64,000 bases of DNA from contig OY970194.1 in the NCBI GenBank assembly GCA_963708075.1, positions 3,200,001-3,264,000 of the forward strand, read 5' to 3'. The notes beneath the pieces were generated by a model. It had not been told where the DNA came from. It saw nothing but the letters and a program-made list of their open reading frames with translations, and ran no database searches. The position numbers and the translations under genes were made by a program. This stretch comes from Sedimentisphaerales bacterium. Lineage in GTDB: Bacteria; Planctomycetota; Phycisphaerae; Sedimentisphaerales; Anaerobacaceae. Shown here piece after piece: positions 1 through 9,196 of the stretch. How positions within the stretch are numbered: the first letter of the stretch is position 1; the number at the start of each line of letters is the position of its first letter.

Positions 1-169
1 TGAACTCTTCAGACGCTCCCAATCCCGCATAGTAGCTGAAACCCAGTAGAAACACCGGCTTGCCGTTCACGGTGAACCGAGTCCCCTCTGTGCCCAGCAT
101 CGTCGCGTCTTGCCCCTTCGCCTGCAGCGATGCCACACAAAGGAGCAATGATATAACGAATCGTCGCAT
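1..169 (-). CDS. 5' part of a secreted protein, glycoside-hydrolase-like N-terminus (runs off the window edge)
   Basis: Manual translation from ATG at 169: MRRFVISLLLCVASLQAKGQDATMLGTEGTRFTVNGKPVFLLGFSYYAGLGASEEF. Signal peptide, GAGGAGG RBS, and an 'RFTVNGKPVFLLG' start typical of TIM-barrel GH-like proteins. Not in the ORF track. Confidence 0.7.
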   Translation of the reverse strand, partial: MRRFVISLLLCVASLQAKGQDATMLGTEGTRFTVNGKPVFLLGFSYYAGLGASEEF

Positions 170-195
170 TCATAATCCTCCTCAGCGATTGATAC

Positions 196-1644
196 TCAGC
201 GTGCGCCGGGCGATGGATAACCTTTGGACGCGTCGTCGAGGACGAGGACCCAGTCGATCATTTCGCCTTTGTCGGGCGGCAGGAATTCCCGCTCGCCGGT
301 GTTGGGGAACTCGCCTATGGCGGTAGCCTGGCCGCTGCGCGGGTTGTACCACCAGGCTTTGACCTTCGCACCTTTGATCACGTCCATGCGGACCTTGAAA
401 GCCCGGCCGATGGGGGCATAAACCATCGCATACGTGCCGTCGGCGTCGCGCGTGGCGACAAAACGATATCGACCCGCCCCCGGCACGCTGGTCGGCACGC
501 GGTCGGTCACGATGATCGAGTCGTCCGGCACGCGGGACAGGAAGGGACGCGACTCGATGAGCCGGCGACCGTACTGCATCTGGCCCGCGCCGGGCTGGTC
601 AATGGCCTCAAACCACGGCATGAGCGGGTTGTTGATGGGATTGCGGTCCGGCTGCCACATCTGCCACACGGAGTGGTGGCCGTAAGTGTGACCGCAGGCC
701 CCGCTGAACAGGTCCCAATAGAGCGGCCGGCGAACGTCCGAGGAAATCGAGTGCCCGAGCTTCTTGGGATCGAACGAGACCGGGTGGTCCTCGTAAATCG
801 GCTCGCCGTCGAGAACGGGCTTGATCGGCGTACGGTCGTAGTCCACCCGCGTATTCTGGTAACCTTCTGTGAACTTCGCGTTGTGCCCATTCTGCCGCAT
901 GTTGAAGTCGAGCCAATCGTCCCCGTGAAAATCCTCTGCCGAACCGCGACCGCCGCGAGGATGGAACGTCTGCAGATGTACGCCGCCGTCGCCCTTGCGA
1001 AGCCCGCGGGCCATGGCGCGGATGACCTCCTTCTGCTCCTCATTTTCGATGTTGCGGTCCCCGCCCAGAATCCAGATCAACCCCTTGTCCCGGTAGCGCC
1101 GCCCGAGCCACTCGCCATACGTCTCGGCGTTCTGAACAGTGAACAACGGCTTGTCGTCCTTCACTTTGTCATGCCAGTACCGTCCCCACGTCGGGAGAAA
1201 GCCGATGTACAGGCCGAGGGAATTGGCCTTGTTCACGATATAGTCCACATGGTCCCAGTAGTCATTACTGGGGCCGTCCTGGACCGCCGGGCGGGCGGGA
1301 TCGAGATCGGTCAGCGGCAGGTGCCCGTAAGGATTCGCATCCTTTTGTCCATCCACCTCCGCGATGGCCACGGCCTGGATCACCGTGAAGCCCTTGGCCG
1401 CCCGGTTCTCCAGGTACTTGTCCGCCTCCTCGCGGTTGAGCCGGTGGAATAATTCCCACGCCGTGTCGCCCAGGTAGAAGAACGGCGTCCCGTCCTCATG
1501 CACAAGAAACCGCTTGTTCTCGGAAACCTTGAGCGTAGCCGGCCCCGCCGTCGCAAGCGAAAGGGAAGCCAGGATAATCAGGACGGTACAGAGCGCGCCC
1601 AATATCGGGTGGGCCATGGACTCAGATGCAGACCTTTGCGGCAT
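196..1644 (-). CDS. DUF4038 / GH140 (apiosidase-like) glycoside hydrolase with C-terminal putative collagen-binding domain, secreted
   Basis: Signal peptide; motifs [47 protein letters not shown]-terminal [10 protein letters not shown]...DWVLVL. Confidence 0.85.
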   Translation of the reverse strand: MPQRSASESMAHPILGALCTVLIILASLSLATAGPATLKVSENKRFLVHEDGTPFFYLGDTAWELFHRLNREEADKYLENRAAKGFTVIQAVAIAEVDGQKDANPYGHLPLTDLDPARPAVQDGPSNDYWDHVDYIVNKANSLGLYIGFLPTWGRYWHDKVKDDKPLFTVQNAETYGEWLGRRYRDKGLIWILGGDRNIENEEQKEVIRAMARGLRKGDGGVHLQTFHPRGGRGSAEDFHGDDWLDFNMRQNGHNAKFTEGYQNTRVDYDRTPIKPVLDGEPIYEDHPVSFDPKKLGHSISSDVRRPLYWDLFSGACGHTYGHHSVWQMWQPDRNPINNPLMPWFEAIDQPGAGQMQYGRRLIESRPFLSRVPDDSIIVTDRVPTSVPGAGRYRFVATRDADGTYAMVYAPIGRAFKVRMDVIKGAKVKAWWYNPRSGQATAIGEFPNTGEREFLPPDKGEMIDWVLVLDDASKGYPSPGAR

Positions 1645-1785
1645 GTGATTCTTCTCCTTCTGTTTTTCTCACTCGTGTCTATTCTCCTGTCTTCAGGTAC
1701 AGCGGTGAGCTGGAGGCGGTGACGATTCCGTTTCCGGATGGGCCGGCCCGGACCGCTCCGGATGGGCCCAACTCATTCATCTCCC

Positions 1786-1977
1786 TTATCCGATCTTGCC
1801 GTCGCGGTCAATGTCCTCGCCGCGCATCTCCTCAAGCTTGCGGACCAGGGCACGGAGGGTGTCCTGCGTTGACCGAAGCTGGTTTTCGAGAGTCTGGACC
1901 CGATCCTCCAGCGAGTCGGTATTTCGCTTCTGCCCATACAGCAGACCCGTCTGCACGATTTCCCACAGTGCACCCAT
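1786..1977 (-). CDS. Small coiled-coil hypothetical protein (63 aa)
   Basis: GGAG RBS before ATG at 1977; MGALWEIVQTGLLYGQ...LEDRVQTLENQLRSTQDTLRALVRKLEEM heptad pattern, ending GEDIDRDGKIG. Confidence 0.6.
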   Translation of the reverse strand: MGALWEIVQTGLLYGQKRNTDSLEDRVQTLENQLRSTQDTLRALVRKLEEMRGEDIDRDGKIG

Positions 1978-2217
1978 ATGTATCTCCAGTTTGTTGGTGT
2001 CATTCTGCGCATCAGCCGCAGAGTCCTTCGCCGCAGGCATACTATCCCGGCAGACAGGCGGGGACAAGGCTTCCCCTTCAAAAAACGGGGAAATGGACCA
2101 GGGACTTGTTTGGTGGAGGAAAACCTGCTATAGTATCGGTCTTTTAGCGCTCCCGGCGGGGCTGTTGGGCGTCCGTCAGGCGGGAGCGGGAAACGATTCA
2201 TTTGAGGAGTCCATCGC

Positions 2218-4466
2218 ATGAGTCACTGTGTCGAGGATACACGCAAGAAGGCTGTGCCGACGATCAAGGAGCTTGTCACCGCCGGCGTGATCGCGCTGAA
2301 TGACGTAAAGGATTGGCTCAGAACCATTTACGAGATTCGCTACTTCGAGGAAAAGGTCTACGATCTGCTGGGGCAGAACGTCATCAAGGGGGCCTCCCAC
2401 CTGTACGCGGGACAGGAGGCGGTGGCCACGGGGGCCATCGCGGCCATGGAGCGGGGCGACGTCATTGGCTCGACCCACCGCGGTCACGGCCATTGCGGGG
2501 CTGTCGGCAACAAGTACGCCGACACGGAGCAGGACCGGCAAAATCACTGGAACGCCATGATGGCCGAGCTGATGGGCAAAGAGACCGGCTACTGCAAGGG
2601 ACGCGGCGGCTCCATGCACATCGCCGAGGTGGAAAGACAGAATAACCTCGGCTCGACCGGCATCGTCGGCGGCAACCAGCCCCCGGCCGTCGGGGCGGCT
2701 CTGGCGGAGAAGTTCAAAAAGAGCGGGAAGGTCGTCCTGTCATTCTTCGGGGACGGCTCATGCAATACGGGCACGTTCCATGAATCAATGAACATGGCCG
2801 CGACATTGAAGGTACCGCTCGTGGCCATCATCGAGAATAACCTCTACGGAATGAGCGTGCCATTCTCCGGAAGCCCGGTCGAGGGCACGCGCTGTGCGAG
2901 CAGCATCGAAGACATCGTGGTGCGTTCTGCGGCCTACAATGTGCCCGGCTTGATCGTCGATGGCCAGGATGTGATCGCGGTCTTTCTGGCGATCCGAAAG
3001 GCCATCGAGCGGGCCCGCAAGGAGAGCCTGATGACGATGGTCGAGTGCAAGACTTACCGCTGGTACGGCCACAGCCGCAGCGACCCGCGCGAGTACCGGA
3101 CCAAGGCCGAGGAGAAGGCATGGCACGAGCGGGACCCCATCACCGTCCTGCGGAACAAGCTCGCGTCCGAGGGGTTCTGCACGGAGGCGGAGCTCGACCA
3201 GATCAAGGACAAGGGCTTCGCGACGATCGAGACGGCGACGCAGTTCGCCATAGACAGCCCATTGCCGAATCCCGCGGATGTCGCCAAGGACGTGTACGTG
3301 CACGGAGACCTATCCGGCCAGGCTGATCGAGGATGAGAAGAAGACGGCCGCGAAGGTCAGAGAGGTTACGGCGGCTTTCGAGAAGTTCGTAGCCACCTCC
3401 GGAGCCAAGACCAAGAAGGAAGCGGTCGAACAGGCACGGGCCCAGATCAAATCCCAATATGGCATGAACGTCCTGAATATGGCCCAGGCGGTCACCGCCG
3501 CTCAGGCGGAAGAGATGCGGCGCGATCAGCGGGTCTTCGTCTTCGGCGAGGACGTCGGACTGTACGGCGGCGCCTATCAGGCCACGCGCGGGCTCCTGGC
3601 CGAGTTCGGCAAAGAGCGGATCATCGATACGGCCATCTCGGAGGCGGCCATCGCCGGTGCGGCGGTCGGAGCAGCCCTTCGAGGCATGCGGCCGGTCGCC
3701 GAGATCATGTACGTCGATTTCGTCACCATCGCCATGGACCAGCTTGTCCACGTCGGCGCCTATAACCGCTATATGTTCGGGGGCAAAGCCAAGGTCCCGA
3801 TGGTCCTTCGCACCGAAGGTGGCGTCGGCCGATGCATCGCGGCCCACCATTCGGAATCGCTCGAAGCCTGGCTGATGCACGCCGCCCGGCCTCTACGTCG
3901 TGATGCCCTCGACACCCTACGACGCCAAAGGCCTGCTCAGAGCGGCGATTCAGAGCGACAACCCCGTCGTATTCATCGAGCACAAGGCCACGTACGGCCA
4001 GACCGGCCCGGTGCCCGAGGGCGACTACATCATCCCGCTTGGCGTGGCGGACATCAAGCGGCCCGGCAATGACGCGACAATCGTCAGCTACTGCCGAATG
4101 GCTATGCGAGCCCTGGACGCAGCGAAGATCCTCGCAGATAAGCACGGCATCGACGCCGAGGTGATCGACATTCGGACACTCAAGCCGCTGGACATGAAGA
4201 CGATTGCCGAGTCCGTCCGCAGGACCGGCAAGCTGATCACCGTCAGCGAAGGTTTCTGCTGGTGCGGCGCGGGCCGCGAGATCGCGGGGCAGTACATGGA
4301 GTACGATTTCGGCGACGGTACTCACGGCTTCGACTACCTCGACGGCCGGCCGATCAACCTGGCCGCCAGGGACGTTCCGCCGCCCATGAGCGAGCCTCTC
4401 GAGGAAGCCAGCATACCCAGCGTTCAGCAGATCGTCGAAGCGGTGAAGCAAGCCGTCGGCGGATAA
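2218..4466 (+). CDS. Fused TPP-dependent 2-oxoacid/acetoin dehydrogenase E1 alpha-beta (AcoAB/PdhAB-like), interrupted by two +1 frameshifts (~3301, ~3883)
   Basis: Alpha motifs HLYAGQEA, STHRGHGH, GRGGSMH, GDG...NN, TYRWYGHS (2218-3336). Beta motifs GEDVG..GG, DTAISE, RPVAEIM, PSTPYDAKGLL, EVIDIRTLKPLD (ORFs 3278-4072 and 3900-4466). Removing one base at each site gives one 748-aa frame (DVYV-TETYPARL; MHAPGLYVVMPSTP). Confidence 0.85.
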
Positions 4467-4510
4467 CCAACGGACACAAACTTACTCGCGAAGAAATGGG
4501 GAGTACATAG

Positions 4511-5776
4511 ATGGCACGAGAAGTGAAACTGCCGCAACTGGGTCAGACGATGGAGGAAGGGACCGTCGTCAATTGCCTTGTGAAGGTCGGCGATGAGGTC
4601 AAGAAGGGCGACGTAATCTTCGAAATCGAGACGGACAAGGCCACGCTGGAGATGGAGTCTCCCGCACCCGGCTTTGTGAAGTTCATCGTGGCAGAGATCA
4701 ACCAGACGTTGTCCGTTGGGGCGGTAATGATGATCCTCGGCGACAAGGACGAGCAGGTGCCGATGGAGTACGTAGAGCAGTTGACCGGCGGCAAAGGCTT
4801 GGCCGCCGGAGCCATCGTGACTCCTGCCGCCCAGATGCCGACCACGATTGCCCCGCTGGGCGCGATGCCTGAGCCGGGCAAACCGATGAGCAAGATCATG
4901 GCCTCACCGAGGGCGAAGAAGCTGGCGGACGATCTGGGCGTGGACCTGGCCACCGTCAAAGGGACCGGCCCGGCGGGCAAGATCACGGAACAGGATGTGC
5001 AGAACGCCGCGGCCGCAAAACCCGCTGCGAAGCCCGCGCCGGCGCCCCAGGCCGCACGCCCCGCCGCTGCCGCGACAACTCCCATGTCCCAGGCGACGCT
5101 CGGGAGCACGGTGAAGGTCAACCGCCTCCAGCGGATCACCGCCGAGCGGATGCTCAAGTCGAAGCAGGAAATCCCCTGCTTCTATCTGACCGTGAAGGTC
5201 GATATGACCGAGCTCGCGGCCCTGCGCACGAAGACGAACGAATCCGGCGACGTGAAGGTTGCCTATAACGATTTTATCATGAAGGCGGTCGCGGTCGGCT
5301 TGGAGAAGTACCCGATCATGACGGGCCAACTCGCCGGCGACGTGATCAAGTTGGTCGATACGATTCACGTCGGCCTGGCGATCTCCGTGTCGGACGGCCT
5401 TGTTGCGCCGCTCGTCAAAGACGTACACAAGAAGAACGTCCGGCAGATTGCCCGTGACAGCCAGGCCCTGATCGAGCGGGCCAAGAACGACAAGCTTGAC
5501 CTGTCCGACCTGGAAGGCGGCTGCATCACGGTCAGCAACCTGGGCGCGTTCGGCATCGAATCGTTCATCCCGATCGTCGTGCCCGGTCAGTGCAGTATTC
5601 TCGGCATCGGGCGAATCACCGACACCTGTGTCCCTGACAACGGCAACATTCTCATCCGCAAGCTGATGAACATGACGCTGTCCGCAGACCACAAGGTCGC
5701 CAACGGCGCCTACGCCGCCCAGTTCCTCGATTTCGTCAAAAAGATGCTGGAAGACCCAAGGCAATTTACGATTTAA
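4511..5776 (+). CDS. Dihydrolipoamide acyltransferase E2 (AcoC/PdhC-like)
   Basis: Lipoyl domain ETDKA, E3-binding ASPRAKKLA..GTGPAGKIT, Ala/Pro linker, catalytic domain SNLG...DHKVANG. Confidence 0.93.
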   Translation: MAREVKLPQLGQTMEEGTVVNCLVKVGDEVKKGDVIFEIETDKATLEMESPAPGFVKFIVAEINQTLSVGAVMMILGDKDEQVPMEYVEQLTGGKGLAAGAIVTPAAQMPTTIAPLGAMPEPGKPMSKIMASPRAKKLADDLGVDLATVKGTGPAGKITEQDVQNAAAAKPAAKPAPAPQAARPAAAATTPMSQATLGSTVKVNRLQRITAERMLKSKQEIPCFYLTVKVDMTELAALRTKTNESGDVKVAYNDFIMKAVAVGLEKYPIMTGQLAGDVIKLVDTIHVGLAISVSDGLVAPLVKDVHKKNVRQIARDSQALIERAKNDKLDLSDLEGGCITVSNLGAFGIESFIPIVVPGQCSILGIGRITDTCVPDNGNILIRKLMNMTLSADHKVANGAYAAQFLDFVKKMLEDPRQFTI

Positions 5777-5852
5777 GATGTACGATTTACGATTGGGGCT
5801 CTCGCCGGAGCGACACCCAAATCATAAATCATAAATCGTAAATCATAGATCG
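5764..5852. repeat. Inverted pair of heptamer tandem arrays (ATTTACG)n ... (AAATCAT/AAATCGT)n
   Basis: Left array 5764-5794 contains the E2 stop codon; 24-nt GC-rich spacer; right array 5819-5852 is followed by the RBS of the next gene. Confidence 0.85.
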
Positions 5853-5867
5853 AAAGGAGTGTCCCAC

Positions 5868-7595
5868 ATGGCCAAGAGAGGCGAAGCGACAAAGTTGCCG
5901 GCGATCCGCAAGGCCACACCGAAGGTCCCCGTGATCGGGGTGTTTGCCACGAGCGACCCGCGGATCGACGAGGACAGCCGCACACGCTGCCAGAATATCG
6001 CGCAGATGGTGGCCGAGACCATCAGCGGCGACGTGGTGCTGCCGGACAAGACGCCCGTCCCGGTCGTGTACTCGACCGTTCTCGTGGACGGCGAGGCCCA
6101 GGCTGACATCGTCGCCCAGCAATTCCGCAAGGCGGATGTGGATATCCTCGTTTGCGTGCCGGACACATGGGCCTTCCCGCAACTGACGGCGATCTCGCTG
6201 CTCCAGCAATTCCCGGCGGACACGCCGATCAACATCACCTGCGGCAACAGCGGCCCGAAGCCCGGGGTGGTCTATGCCCACGCCCTGAACGGCGCCCTGG
6301 CCCAGTACGGCCGCATGGCGGCGCTGAACGTAGGGACCTGGCCGGACGCGGGGCTCGACCCGGAGATGACCGACCAGACGGCCAAGAACCTGATCGACTG
6401 GTGCTACGCGGCCGTGACGGCCGTGACGCTGCGCGGCCGGCGAGTAGTGATCTTCGGCCACGATTCGATGGGCATGGAGACGGCGCTGGCACACGTGGTC
6501 CCTACGCGAAACGCCTTCGGCCTCGAAATCACGCGCCTGGACATGAAGCTGCTGGCCGATATGCTCGCCAAGAAGGCCTACAAGGATAAGGAACTGAAGG
6601 ACCTGCGGGCCTGGATCGATCGATATGTGGGCAACCGCCTGGACATGCACAGCGAACAGGACAGCGAGCGATTCAACATGTCGCTGGCGATGTACCTGAT
6701 CGTCCGCGATCTGCTGGCCGACCTGAACGCCGTCGGCGGCGGATTCATGAGCCAGCTCGAATGGGGCAGCGACCCGCGAGGCGTCCCCCTGCCGGTCGCC
6801 GATGTGATGGAGTCCTTCTTCAACAGCACTTTCGACCACACCGGCCCCAAGCCCCCCGTGCCCTACGCCACCGAAGCGGATGTCCAAGCCCTGTTGACCA
6901 TGCTGTTCATGACCTACCTCAGCGGCGGCAACCCGCCACTGTTCATGGATTTCCGAAAAGTCTGGGAAGCATGGGAAATCAAGGCACTGGCGGAAAAGCT
7001 CGGGCTCAAGAAACTCGATACGAGCGCCGATTGGTACACGAAGGGGCTGGTGGACGGGGACAACTCCGGCAGCGCTGCGTTTGATTGGGCCGCAGCGCCC
7101 GGAGCAACGGTCAAGCAGATCATGGAGCGGGTCGCGATGCCGCTGGCCGATCCGGGCTACTTCCCCGGCGGGGGCAACTCGGTCACGTTCCTGACGCCGG
7201 CCGGCATCAAGGGCATTGCCGCTCGCATGGCCTATAGCAGCATCAGCGGCCTGTTCAGCATGATCTGGGACGAGGCGGAGACGACGGAGGTGCCGAACGA
7301 GCTCGCCAAGGCCATGTGCAACCTGACCACGCCGACTTGGCCGCACACGTTCGTCGTACCGAAGTATGCCAGCATGCTCGAATACAAGCAGTACCCGCCG
7401 GCCAACCATTTCCACATGACCTGGAATCTGCCGGTGGCCCGCCTGCAACACTGGATGGACCTGATGGGCGTGCTGAGTGTCACGCCCTGGGTCGCCCGAC
7501 CTGCCTTCATCGAGGGCGAGGACCGGCCCCAGCCGCTCATCCATCTGATCAACGCCGGCGAGGAAGCCTACAAGCTGCTCGGCAAGCGCCGGTAG
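5868..7595 (+). CDS. L-fucose isomerase (FucI)-family sugar isomerase
   Basis: ~575 aa with PGVVY, SMGMET, ATEADVQ, DFRK, NSGSAA, PTWPHTF and ANHFH motifs matching the FucI layout. AAGGAG RBS favours ATG 5868 over GTG 5859. Confidence 0.8.
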   Translation: MAKRGEATKLPAIRKATPKVPVIGVFATSDPRIDEDSRTRCQNIAQMVAETISGDVVLPDKTPVPVVYSTVLVDGEAQADIVAQQFRKADVDILVCVPDTWAFPQLTAISLLQQFPADTPINITCGNSGPKPGVVYAHALNGALAQYGRMAALNVGTWPDAGLDPEMTDQTAKNLIDWCYAAVTAVTLRGRRVVIFGHDSMGMETALAHVVPTRNAFGLEITRLDMKLLADMLAKKAYKDKELKDLRAWIDRYVGNRLDMHSEQDSERFNMSLAMYLIVRDLLADLNAVGGGFMSQLEWGSDPRGVPLPVADVMESFFNSTFDHTGPKPPVPYATEADVQALLTMLFMTYLSGGNPPLFMDFRKVWEAWEIKALAEKLGLKKLDTSADWYTKGLVDGDNSGSAAFDWAAAPGATVKQIMERVAMPLADPGYFPGGGNSVTFLTPAGIKGIAARMAYSSISGLFSMIWDEAETTEVPNELAKAMCNLTTPTWPHTFVVPKYASMLEYKQYPPANHFHMTWNLPVARLQHWMDLMGVLSVTPWVARPAFIEGEDRPQPLIHLINAGEEAYKLLGKRR

Positions 7596-7807
7596 CACCG
7601 GCTGCTGACGTGGCCCCTGTGAAATGGTCGTAGTAAGGTCCGTCGGAATAGGCCGCAGTAGTTGCTGCGCACGCGTAAGAGAGACTGTACCGCCCAACTC
7701 GTGATGATAGAGCGCCCTATCTTATTGGGGCAGTAATTCCCGCAAGCTCGATTACGCAAATCCCCTATACCTTTGCATCCTCTTCCACTGTAGCCTACCA
7801 GTACTGC

Positions 7808-7858
7808 AGTTTCGTTGCCAGTTCTCAGCCGCCAACCGGCAACTGACAACCGGCAACT
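7808..7858. repeat. Degenerate heptamer array (CAACCGG/CAACTGA type), inverted pair
   Basis: cagtttcgttgccagttctcag...ccaaccggcaactgacaaccggcaact, immediately upstream of the ferritin-like gene RBS. Confidence 0.6.
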
Positions 7859-7879
7859 CTCTGTGAAGGAGATCTGGCT

Positions 7880-8260
7880 ATGCCGGAGTTCGTGAATCCG
7901 TTTACGGGGGTGGTTCCTGGACGCAAGCTGACCGAATCCGAGTTGCTGCGTGCGTTGCGGCTGAACCTGTCGGCTGAGGAGGAAGCGATCCACCTCTACA
8001 CGGCGCACGCGGATGCCACCGACAACGAGCTGGCGAAGAAGGTCCTCATCGATATCGCCAACGAGGAGCGCGTGCACGCGGGCGAGTTCCAGAGACTGAT
8101 CAGCATCCTGGCGAAGGATGAGGATGCGTTCCTCGCGGAGGGCGCCGGGGAGGTGGATGAGATGGCGGCCGGAAGAGGGCCCCAGATCACCCAGGCCCCG
8201 GAGCCGTCCGGACAGCGAACCATCCCGACGATCGGCAACCTGAGGGGATCTGCGATTTGA
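7880..8260 (+). CDS. Encapsulin-associated ferritin-like protein (Flp) with C-terminal cargo-loading peptide
   Basis: Di-iron half-sites AEEEAIHLY and ANEERVHAGEF; flexible tail ending TIGNLRGS (LxIGSL-like targeting peptide); directly upstream of encapsulin. Confidence 0.88.
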   Translation: MPEFVNPFTGVVPGRKLTESELLRALRLNLSAEEEAIHLYTAHADATDNELAKKVLIDIANEERVHAGEFQRLISILAKDEDAFLAEGAGEVDEMAAGRGPQITQAPEPSGQRTIPTIGNLRGSAI

Positions 8261-8330
8261 GATCGATGATTTATGATTTTGGCTCCCGCACGCTCGGACC
8301 CAAATCATAAATCGTAAATGGTAAATTATA
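8253..8330. repeat. Inverted pair of heptamer arrays (GATTTAT)n ... (AAATCGT)n
   Basis: Between flp and encapsulin; the left array contains the flp stop codon. Confidence 0.85.
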
Positions 8331-8344
8331 CATGAGGGACGGCG

Positions 8345-9157
8345 ATGTTCGAGCAATACTTGCAGCGAGGCGATGCACCGTTCGGCGAGAAGGTCTGGGA
8401 GCAGATCGATACCACCGTGGTCGAGGCTGCCAAGAGCCAGCTCAGCGGCAGACGGCTTCTGCGGACGTTAGGCCCCTACGGCACCGGGGTCAAGGCCCTG
8501 CCCTTCCGGGACTCACCCATCAGCGGCACAACCGTCCCGGGCGTCACTGTCGAGTCGAGCTGCATCATTCCCGTCGTGAGTCTCCATAGTGAGTTCACGC
8601 TGTCGGTGCGCGACGTTGCGGCCTTCGAGCAGGCGGGTACGCCTTTTGACCTCAACGCGGTGGCGGAAGCGGCGATTGCGGCCGCCCGTCAGGAAGAGCA
8701 AGTGATCTACAACGGCCTGCCGGCACTGAACACCGTCGGCCTGCTCAACACGCCGGGAACCCGCTCGGTCAAGCTGCGCCCGTGGAACGCGGTCGGTGAT
8801 GCGGTGGAAGACATCATCGGCGCCGTCACGGAGCTCGATTCCGGCGGCTTTATGGGGCCCTATGCGCTGGCCCTGACCCCCAAGTCCTACAATCACCTCT
8901 TCCGAAGGTACGAGTACGGAGACATGACGGAGCTGGACCACCTCCGCCAGGTCGTCACCGGCAACATCGTGAAGGTCCCCGCCCTGCCCGGCGGAGGAGT
9001 GCTCGTCGATATCAGCGGACCATTCGTGGATATCGTCCTCGGCCAGGACCTGATGGCGAGCTTCGTCGGACCGGCCCCCGGGCGGTACCAGTTCGCCGTC
9101 ATGGAGAGCCTCGCCCTGTGGGTCAGAGTCCCCGGCGCTATCTGCGTTCTGAAATAG
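8345..9157 (+). CDS. Family 1 encapsulin shell protein (linocin M18 / HK97 fold)
   Basis: 270 aa; N-terminus YLQRGDAPFGEKVWEQID...LSGRRLL, GPYG, EEQVIYNG, GLLN, GPYALAL, DIVLGQDL, and a C-terminal P.AICVLK. Confidence 0.93.
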   Translation: MFEQYLQRGDAPFGEKVWEQIDTTVVEAAKSQLSGRRLLRTLGPYGTGVKALPFRDSPISGTTVPGVTVESSCIIPVVSLHSEFTLSVRDVAAFEQAGTPFDLNAVAEAAIAAARQEEQVIYNGLPALNTVGLLNTPGTRSVKLRPWNAVGDAVEDIIGAVTELDSGGFMGPYALALTPKSYNHLFRRYEYGDMTELDHLRQVVTGNIVKVPALPGGGVLVDISGPFVDIVLGQDLMASFVGPAPGRYQFAVMESLALWVRVPGAICVLK

Positions 9158-9196
9158 GCCCTGCCGGATCGGCGGGACCGCGCCTGCATTGCGTAC

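Noticed and set aside
5829..7697. 622-aa minus-strand ORF
   Set aside because: Antisense shadow of the FucI-family gene in GC-rich DNA; no motifs.
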